A DNA stretch of 54,905 nucleotides, from contig NC_068983.1 in NCBI RefSeq assembly GCF_001194135.2, forward strand, positions 88,539,231 to 88,594,135, in the 5' to 3' direction. Positions 1 through 8,789 of this stretch are shown piece by piece. This stretch comes from Octopus bimaculoides. Lineage: Eukaryota. Both the position numbers and the translations under genes were made by a program. The first letter of the stretch is position 1; each line of letters begins with the position of its first letter. Under the pieces are notes generated by a model, which worked only from the letters and a program-made list of their open reading frames with translations, had not been told where the DNA came from and made no database searches.

Positions 1-839
1 TGGTTGTTCCAATAATCTTATCAGTGGTCATTTTTAAGTGTCAAAACGCTAGCTTCTTCATTCAGCACTGAGACAACATAAAGTAGTGTCGTAATAATGG
101 CAAAAAGTAAAGAACTCACAAATTCAATGAAAAACTTAATTATTGAACAGTGGAAAACAGGTAAAAGTTACAGGAAAATATCAGAGACCCTTTGTATTCT
201 ATTTTCTACCATAACTTCACTTATTCAAAGATATAAAAAATCGGGAACTGTTGAAAACAGAATAAGATCCGGTGCACCACGCAAGATTTCCCCTAGATCT
301 TTAAGAAAAATGAAGCGAAGAATCGAAAAAAACGCAATGATCACCAGAAAGGAGATGCAAGAAGATTTGTTAGCTTCAGGGAATAGTGTTACACTATGAA
401 CAATCAGCAATGAACTTCATAGGAATGAACTGAAGTCATGCTCTCCTAGAGAAACTCTGCTGTTAACTAAAATTCGCGTAGCCATGTTTGAAGGAAAGAT
501 GGTACCGCCTATTCGTCGAAAAACAATTCCTACTGTAAAGTTTGGAGGTGGCAACATCATTGTGTAGGGGTGTTTCTCTGCAAATGGCACTGGGAATTTA
601 CATGTGATAGATGGTAGAATGAATGCAGAGATGTACCAAAATATTTTGAACAATAATTTATGGGACTCTGTAGAAAAGCTCCAGCTTTGTGAAGGGTGGG
701 TTTTACAACAGGATAACGACCCTAAGCACACGGCGAAGTCTACCAAAAATGGATTGTCAACCACAATATAAAATTATTAGAATGACCAAGTCATTCACCT
801 GACTTGAACCCCATTGAAAATTTGTGGCGTTATTTGAAA
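1..839 (+). mobile_element. Tc1-like (DD34E) transposase pseudogene, internally deleted, runs into gap
   Basis: ORF 97-399 has the paired-like HTH (KSYRKISETL...RSGAPRKIS). Continuation gives [23 protein letters not shown] and the PDLNPIENLW end. Stops and a deletion of the first catalytic D region. Confidence 0.9.
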
Positions 840-1436
840 NNNNNNNNNNNNNNNNNNNNNNNNNNNNNNNNNNNNNNNNNNNNNNNNNNNNNNNNNNNNN
901 NNNNNNNNNNNNNNNNNNNNNNNNNNNNNNNNNNNNNNNNNNNNNNNNNNNNNNNNNNNNNNNNNNNNNNNNNNNNNNNNNNNNNNNNNNNNNNNNNNNN
1001 NNNNNNNNNNNNNNNNNNNNNNNNNNNNNNNNNNNNNNNNNNNNNNNNNNNNNNNNNNNNNNNNNNNNNNNNNNNNNNNNNNNNNNNNNNNNNNNNNNNN
1101 NNNNNNNNNNNNNNNNNNNNNNNNNNNNNNNNNNNNNNNNNNNNNNNNNNNNNNNNNNNNNNNNNNNNNNNNNNNNNNNNNNNNNNNNNNNNNNNNNNNN
1201 NNNNNNNNNNNNNNNNNNNNNNNNTATATATATATAAAAGAAGAAAAAGAAAATGGAGATTGGGTAGTTAACAACTGTTTATTATTAACAACAAATCAAC
1301 CATCATCCTTCACAGCTGTTTCAATTATTACTCAGTGAATTAATTAAATATTAAATTCATATGACCTAAGTATGATATCTTCAGAGGGGAAAAAGATATA
1401 CGCTTGGCACTTGGATGTTTTATATATGTTTATGGA

Positions 1437-1472
<36 letters not shown>

Positions 1473-2945
1473 CACACACTATTCAGCTGATGGGAGGTAT
1501 TATGCTGGTGAGAGTTGTTATTTTTTAGACCTAAGTCAGTTCTAATTGAGGAGACCCATGATTGAATATATTCCAGCCATGACTATTCCATCATTTATTC
1601 TGAGATAGTGTACCTAAGACTACATAATCTAATGTTTCCTTGCATTTTTAAAACAGTAGGATGTGATATGAAGGATATTTGGATGTTATTTTTAACAAGT
1701 TGAGCAACTTTGTTGAGACTTTTGTCACAAGTGTATGTAATGTGGTTGTGATATTGGCAGATGGTTGCTACAGTCTCGGTTGAAGTAGTGGCAGGTCTGG
1801 TAGTGGTTACAATGATGTCAGTTGTAGAGATAGTAGTTAATGATAATGATGGGTTTCTAGTGGTAATGGTGATGATCATCATGGCGATGGTTATCAAGGA
1901 AAAAATTTAATGTGTGTGTTGATGCGCATGTATGTGTCTCCTGGTCTTGACATTGTATGATGGTTGCCATTGAGACTCACTACCACATAAGCAAAAACAT
2001 GTCCAACCACTACAAAATATTATCTTGCTTGGAAATAGATGACGGTTAGTGACAGGAAAGATATACAGCCATAGAAAACCTGATTCAGTGAATCTCATCT
2101 GATCCACACAAACATGGAAAAGTGGATGTTAAAATAACTATGATGATGATGATGATGATGATGGTGCCTTTTAGGTGAGCAAGTGAGGCAAGCTCAAAAA
2201 CTCTATGCTTTTCACTCTCAATATTTATACTAATGCTTCACAATATTAAACTATGTGCAATAGGTTCAACTGGAGTTGAACCTATTACAAGGTATTAAAT
2301 ATCATACTATAAAGGCAGAATGATGTTTGCTTTCTTAGCGTAATACTGGTCATTTGAAAGTAAGAATTATAAATGTATATGCATGTATCATTTTTCTCAA
2401 ATGATGGAGTTAATTTTCATGGGCACACTTAATCTTTTTGGAAATGTATAAAATATTGGTAAAAAATATATGTGTGTTTATGTGTACATGTGTTGGATGT
2501 GTTATGCATAAGATCCCATTATGACACCTTGAGCCAGTGTCCTCTGCTATAGCTTTGAGTCACTTGGCTGATGGAAATTGTGTGGTAGTCGATTAGGTAA
2601 TTCAAGAATTCATCCTTGCCACACAGTTGCTTCCTAGTTCTGACTGATAATTATGTTAACAATTCATTTCAGTGGAATATTCAGCCACTAACCTGTAATC
2701 CAGTAAGCCAGTAGTTTAGTTGATCAAACAAACAAAAACTCATTATCAAAACTAAAGAAGATCCAAATGAAGCAGTATTAATACCAAAAGGCAATCCTTA
2801 CATCCAACTTAACATGGATGTTGTGTTAGAACACTGAATACTGCATTATTTACCTTGCAGGGACATCTCATATGGACACACAGCACATAAAAGCATTCGT
2901 GTTTATGTCATAGGCAAATGAGAACTTCTGCTACTAGCATTGGAA

Positions 2946-2991
2946 CTGCCAGATCATATGATTTCACTCTGCCCAGGTTCATTAGTGGCAG
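2946..2991 (-). ncRNA. Minimal type-I hammerhead-like motif, core lesion (CUAAUGA)
   Basis: Minus strand reads CUGCCA-CUAAUGA-ACCUGGGCAGAGU-GAAA-UCAUAUG-AUC-UGGCAG. Perfect 6-bp stem I; palindromic stem III AUCAUAUGAU; NUH=AUC. Confidence 0.6.
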
Positions 2992-3119
2992 ACATCCAGC
3001 AGTGACATAACAGCTAAATCTCACTGTCAATAGTATTTGGAATTTCAGTACCTGAAAAGACACTGAAATTCTACATATCATTGACAGTGAGATTCAGCTG
3101 TTATGTCACTACAGAACAT

Positions 3120-3160
3120 CTGCTACTGTTGATCCTGGGCAGGGTAAAATCACATGAGCT
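3120..3160 (+). ncRNA. Degenerate hammerhead-like motif (arm 2)
   Basis: CTGCTA-CTGTTGA-TCCTGGGCAGGGT-AAAA-TCACATGA. Homologous to the 2946-2991 motif, with both core segments mutated. Confidence 0.35.
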
Positions 3161-3434
3161 GCCTGTAACAGACGATTCTCATTTGACAATGAATTGACCA
3201 TGAGTGCTTTTTTGTGCTATGTGTCCATATGAGAGGTCCTCCCAAGGTAAATAATGCAGTATTTAGTGTTCTAGTACAACATTCATGTTAAGTTGGTATT
3301 AATTCTGCTTCTGTTGTTACTAATTATTTTTTTGATAAACCTGCTAGCTATTTGCGACATCAGTGATTGAAAAAACACTGAAACTCTATATATTGTTCTC
3401 AATGAGATTCAACTGTTATGACGTCACTGGATGT

Positions 3435-3480
3435 TTGCAACTGATGAACCTGGGCAGAGTGAAACTGTATAATCTGACAG
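3435..3480 (+). ncRNA. Hammerhead-like motif (arm 3): core intact, stems I/III decayed
   Basis: TTGCAA-CTGATGA(3441-3447)-ACCTGGGCAGAGT-GAAA(3461-3464)-CTGTATA-ATC-TGACAG. Confidence 0.5.
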
Positions 3481-3813
3481 TTCTGGCACTTGTAGCAGAC
3501 AGTTCTTGTCTGCCAACAATAGAAACATGAGAACTTTTTATGTGCCTTGCATCCATATGAGGGGTCCTCTCAAGGTAAATAATGCAGTATTTGGTGTTCT
3601 AACATAACATCCATGTTAAGTTGGATGTAAGGACTACCTTAAAGAAGGTCCATTTACATATGAAAAATGTGAAAGGTTTTCTCATGTTACAATGAAAGTG
3701 TTTTTAATTATCCTCCCTCCCACTCTGTGTCTCTTCCCTACTCCATCTCCTTTCCAACCTGAATTGAAGTAATTTCTATTCTAACAATGGATTCTGTTGC
3801 GCTCCTCTTGCAG

Positions 3814-4025
3814 TATGCCTTGGCATTTTATGACTTGGAAAGCATTGCTGAAAACAAAGACTGTGCTAGTGTTCGTGCAATGCTAGAAACAATCAAAAAC
3901 AAAGCAAAGAAATATTGGCAAGTGGCCATCAAGCTGAACATGCGACAAGATTTCAATCCGGCCATCAAAAAAATTAATTTGGCCATTAAATTATGGCCAA
4001 CCCAGGCCAAGTTCTATTTTCTCAG
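3814..4025 (+). CDS. TTC16: TPR protein (TTC16-like) coding exon 1 in window
   Basis: Acceptor ctcttgcag and donor AG|gtatgt. Encodes YALAFYDLESIAENK...AIKKINLAIKLWPTQAKFYFLR. Resembles recalled human TTC16 (ALQRINRAIENNPLDPSLFLFR) with the same boundary. Phase 0 to 2. Confidence 0.85.
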
Positions 4026-4111
4026 GTATGTTAGCACCCATTCTTATCTTTACCAACATCATCAGTATTTTGACTGATGTTCATGTAGTTGCTGTTACTA
4101 TTTAACCCAAC

Positions 4112-4169
4112 TCAGCCTGATGGATCAGCCTGATGGATCAGCCTGATGGATCAGCCTGATGGATCAGCC
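4112..4169. repeat. 13-bp tandem repeat (tcagcctgatgga) x4.5
   Basis: Directly visible exact units. Confidence 0.95.
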
Positions 4170-4792
4170 AATGATCAGAAGTATTACAATCAGGACCATC
4201 CTATTTTTTTGTTAGCCTGTGTATCTAAAACTACATTATTCAATGTGTCCTTCCATTTTTTTTAAAGCTGGTAGAGATAATTTAAGGAAGATTGGCTGCT
4301 ATTTCTAATAGAAAAAGTGATTACATATTTGCTACCTTGTTACCTCACACCATGTTATATTTGATGTTGCTGTTTAGCCCCAGGTCAATCCTGATCATAT
4401 AGACCTATGGCAAAAGACATCCAGTCACAGTAATCCCTTTTTTTTTTAACATATGTTCTATTTTTAAGATGAGAAATTTGGTTAAGCAGAAATTTGGTTG
4501 CTATTTCTAGTAGCTTAAATGACTACATAGAAGCTCCATCCTTTGCTGGATGTGTTATTGATGTTGTTGCTCTTCCTTTTGCTGTTGTTGTTGCTAATAC
4601 TGTTATTGTTGTTGTTGTTGTTGTCATCGTCGTTGTTATTGTTGTTACTGTTGCAGTGATGTTATACTATCAAACATTTATGGTTCTAAAAGTTTTTTTA
4701 GTCAGGTTTTTGTCCTCAACATGATCAACACCATCAGTATCTTGATATCATAACCACTAAGACCACCACCACCACCACACCATCACAACACT

Positions 4793-4823
<31 letters not shown>

Positions 4824-5174
4824 CTAATGTTATCATTTTTTACACTGAACTCATTCATCAACGTTTATTTTCATTAGCATCAGCATTGTCATAATGTATA
4901 TTCTTATTGTCTCCCCTTTGCCAAGGTCAGATCTATCTTTCATCCTTCAAGGATTGATAAAATAAAATACCAGTCAAATACTGAGGTTAAGTTAATTGAC
5001 TATTCACCTCCCCACAAATTTGTGTACTTGTGCTTGTCTTACATATTATTACCAATACACTGTTATAATCACATATTCTCACACAATTGCCAGTGAATTG
5101 TCATTTATAAAATTTTTCAAATCCTACGAAAGACAACTACAACAAAAATATTCTCTCCAAATTCTACTACACAG

Positions 5175-5422
5175 AGGTGTCCTGTACCGTCACATCAATA
5201 AGTTCACTTTATCCATCGATGACCTGATTCTGGCCCTTCAAAAGAGCACCCCTGAAGAGAAGGAGACATTTGCTTCTGATGCTGAGAAACAGCTTTTGCT
5301 GACCTTCAACGATTTCTCAGTAGAATGTTTCACCAATGGATATTTTGATGATGCCATCCAGCTGCTCAACAAGGCCATCTCTGTGGAGAAGATGCAGAAA
5401 GGGCTCTACCTGAACAGGGCTG
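5175..5422 (+). CDS. TTC16: TTC16-like coding exon 2 in window
   Basis: acacag|A...GCTG|gtcagt. Encodes GVLYRHINKF...AEKQLLLTFNDFSVECFTNGYFDDAIQLLNKAISVEKMQKGLYLNRA, matching recalled TTC16 QRQLLLTYNDFAVHC...LLNKAL..EQQEKGLYINRG. Phase 2 to 1. Confidence 0.92.
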
Positions 5423-5522
5423 GTCAGTAAGAAACACTTTGTTTTACATATATACATAAGCACATGAAGAAAGATGTCTGCATGCACACACACACACACA
5501 CAAATACATACCACAGCATCTG

Positions 5523-5600
<78 letters not shown>

Positions 5601-5601
<1 letters not shown>

Positions 5602-5810
5602 TAACATAAATAATATATAAATGTATGCATACATCCATACATATATGTACATACCTACATCTATATGTATACATACATGCATATATGGGTACAGGACATC
5701 ACAAAAGACGTTAAACACAATGAGAAATGAAAACATAAAGACGAAGACAGAAAACAAACTTTTCTTCGAACAACGAAAAAAACAAACAAAGAAACGAGAC
5801 ATGCAACATA
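5601..5810. repeat. ~200-bp segment duplicated directly at 6330-6538
   Basis: catatatgtacatacctacatctatatgtatacatacatgcat...gggtacaggacatcacaaaa...gaaacgagac is present at both sites with scattered substitutions. Confidence 0.9.
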
Positions 5811-5847
5811 AAGAATATTTCCCTTCTTCAGTTGTCCCTGTTCCATC

Positions 5848-5898
5848 TACTCCGCGTTTCGAAGGCAAGGACAATACACAACTTTGTTGGAACAGTCC
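5848..5898 (-). ncRNA. Possible strongly degenerate hammerhead relic
   Basis: Minus strand has GAAAC-GCGGA-GUA (5860-5848), with the same spacing and a similar loop to the 6572-6646 motif. The upstream core reads CCAACAA and stem I is weak. Confidence 0.25.
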
Positions 5899-6571
5899 TT
5901 CCCGCAAAGTAAATTAAATAGAATTTGGAATTTTTTGCGGAGGGTGAAAGTGTAAACAAGAACAGAACAGTGAGAACAAGACAGTAAAAACAAGACAGAA
6001 CAGTGAAAACAAACGGTAAGGGCTGTTAGACCAAGACAATAGAAAAATTATTATTTTGAACGCTAGTTAGATGAGAATGAGAGACAAAAAAATTCACATC
6101 TTCTCTATAGGAAGGCAGGAAGTAGAAAGAAAGAATCCCTTTCGTCATGTGTCAGAGACAAGAGGGTCAAGGAGGAAGAGTGAGAGAGAGGGAATGGTGA
6201 AAGGAAGAGAAGAATAGGGGAGGATTGAGAGAGAAAAACAGAAAGGATGAAGAACAAGAGAGGGAGAGAGATAGACAGGGAAGTGATAGTAATAGTAGTA
6301 GAGTGCGCAGTAGTAATTATTAAGATAATAATATAAGTAATATATAAATATATGCATATATCCATACATATATGTACATACCTACATCTATATGTATACA
6401 TACATGCATATTCGGGTACAGGACATCACAAAAAACGTTAAACACAATGAGAAACGTAAACATAAAGACAAAGACAGAAAACGAAGTTTTTTTCAAACAA
6501 CAAAAAAAGCAAACAGAGAAACGAGACACACACATATATNNNNNNNNNNNNNNNNNNNNNNNNNNNNNNNN

Positions 6572-6646
6572 GTAGCCATGATAAAACTCCGAGTTTCGGA
6601 TGTCGAGGCAGTAACCCATGCCGCCATCTCTTCAGTTATCAGGCCA
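6572..6646 (-). ncRNA. Minimal type-I hammerhead ribozyme candidate (best copy)
   Basis: UGAUAA-CUGAAGA-GAUG GCGGCA UGGGUUAC UGCCUC GA CAUC C-GAAA-CUCGGA-GUU-UUAUCA. Perfect 6-bp stem I, intact core, hairpin stem II, near-palindromic stem III ACUC-G-GAGU, NUH=GUU. Confidence 0.75.
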
Positions 6647-6939
6647 TCGCAAAAATGATATGAAAGTGACCGTTAAACAAGGGAAATTACTGTGTGATTG
6701 ACTGTTATTAAGACAAAAGAGCTATTAGAATGACCACTAAGCAAGGGGAGGGAGTAAAATTGTTCAAAGTTTTTGCGTAAGCGTGCATGTCCATACATAC
6801 ACATGCGCACCCGCACAGCCACGTACATGCGCCTATATGTATGTACTCATCCACCCTCACTTGAAACACCCACATGCTCACCCACACATTCACCAAAAAA
6901 ATATATACATACTCGCATACACGCTTGCACACACGTGCA

Positions 6940-8485
6940 CAAAAGGTTTATACACACATCTATACCAAAACTGTTCACTGCGGACATTCACAGAAAAAAA
7001 GAGACTGTCTCTATCAACAGAGTAAAAAAGGCCTTTTCTGAAACATTTATGCCACTTGCTGACCCACCATCATTCCACAAACACTCCCACCCACACAAGC
7101 ACCACCTTCGCTCACCAAAATACCTACTACACAAACGCATTCTTCGCCTTACAGGACACGTTCTGGCAGATCGGTTCATAGGTCGAAGAAATTGTCTCAG
7201 ACCATTTACATTTCTTAACTTTTCTTACATTTCTTAACAGTGACTGTTCCAGAGAATAGACTTAAGCTGCTAGAGACTCTGCATTCATATTTTCTCTCTT
7301 TCTGCATCATTGTACATATATGCTTTGTTCTATTTGATGGACACCTTTCTTTGCTGAACATTTTCCCTTTTGATTGTTAAATGTTTTGTTCATATTTTTT
7401 TATTTTATTGCTCAACGTTCATACATACATACATACATACATACATGCTGTCTACCTCATGCTATCCACTCCAACACATTTCTAGGTTTATTCTAGCAGA
7501 ATGTTTTTCTCCAGCCTTTCCTCATCCGGCAAAAAGCTCCTTACGTGTTTTTGTCATGTGTTTCTTCTCTGGTTTGTAGGACACACAAACCACCTCTTAT
7601 AAACACATTTTTTTTCTTTGCATCACAGCATTCCATGCATTTTCTTCCTTTGGTGCCTGATCAACACCAAGTCTCTTGCATGTCGGAACTTCCTTCTTTT
7701 GCCGCCATCTTTATGGCTTAACTTGCTTCACTAGTCACTGTCGCTTTTTTAACACCTACAGCCTTGCCTCTGCGAATGATTCAATGTTTTGCAGGCAAAT
7801 TCTTAGCACTGCTCATTCTTACAGCAGCCAATATTCTCTCATTTACTTTGAGTTTTTGCATTCCTGTCATTTCCACTTAGCTGGACATAGGTCCATCATG
7901 TTTGCACACCAAGGTTTGCTGGCTATGCAACCTTTTCTACCTCTTTGCTACAGAAATATCTTCCTTTTATCATCTATTTTGTCTCCCACAAAATGACTTG
8001 GGGTGGGGCTGTCTGTAGCGAACTCTAGTGAGCTTCCTCTCTTATATTTTGGACCCCGTTGTGTCTACCACTCCAACTGGTTCTTATTGGTGCAAATTGT
8101 CTCTTACTCTATCGCGTGCCAATATGCAACCCAAACAATTACAACCTTCAAATAAATCACGTGAGACAGTCTTTTCGAAACTGCATTTGAGCCTACCTGT
8201 CAGCTATAAAAGACCATGAGGTCTCTCACCAACGTTGTCAACAACATCTACACAGCACAACACACTGCACAACACACTGCACTGGTTCTAACATATAACT
8301 GTTTGTGAGCTTTCCTCACGAGGGTTAACAGCTAACATACAACCCACGCAGATGCATGTAGATATATGAACAAATGTACATCAACCACTTCCATTCAGCT
8401 TGTGTAAATATACGTGTGACAACAATAAGCGTATTTAAAGTTACCACTTTGTGTTTTATACATTCGTTACCAGGTTCCTACCACA
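6940..8485 (+). mobile_element. 3' remnant of Gypsy LTR retrotransposon (integrase C-terminus, 3' UTR, PPT, LTR)
   Basis: FTADIHRKKETVSINRVKKAF (~6973-7035) and YRTRSGRSVHRSKKL (7150-7194) are typical Gypsy pol C-terminal motifs. G-rich tract at 8000-8008, then TGTAGCG...CTACCACA. Confidence 0.65.
8014..8485 (+). promoter_or_regulatory. Putative Gypsy LTR with TATA box (TATAAAA 8205-8211)
   Basis: TG...CA ends, follows a PPT-like tract, has a TATA-like box. No partner LTR in the window to confirm limits. Confidence 0.45.
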
Positions 8486-8789
8486 ATAATATTACAGCCT
8501 TCTGAGCAGAGTCTCATTAGATGACACCACAACCTATAACATTTAAAAGTACCACTGATGATTTGGAGTGGATTAGTGTTTATATACTCGTTTCCTTCAT
8601 TAATGGTTAACTTCCTGTTAATGTAAGAAACCAAAAGAAATTTTTCAACTCAAAAATTTCAGTTTCAGACAAAATATCAGTTCTTAAATATTTTATTCCA
8701 TCCCTCCCCACAGCATACAAACTTATTCAAACTATTGAAGTGCAGTATATAATTTTTGGTTGACCGTTCTGGCAGACACACTAGCCAAA

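Larger units (their letters stand above)
2769..3640. repeat. Fold-back element: ~250-bp arm (2788-3048), inverted copy (3062-3310), second inverted copy (3358-3640)
   Basis: catccaacttaacatggatg (2801) matches the reverse complement at ~3281-3297 and 3608-3627. The internal motifs tctgcccagg / cctgggcag recur in all arms. gaatttcagt/actgaaattc flank the central loop. Confidence 0.85.

Noticed and set aside
3787-3813. ATG at 3787 as the TTC16 start
   Set aside because: It lies in the polypyrimidine/acceptor region; recalled homologues have more TPRs upstream and an intron at this position.
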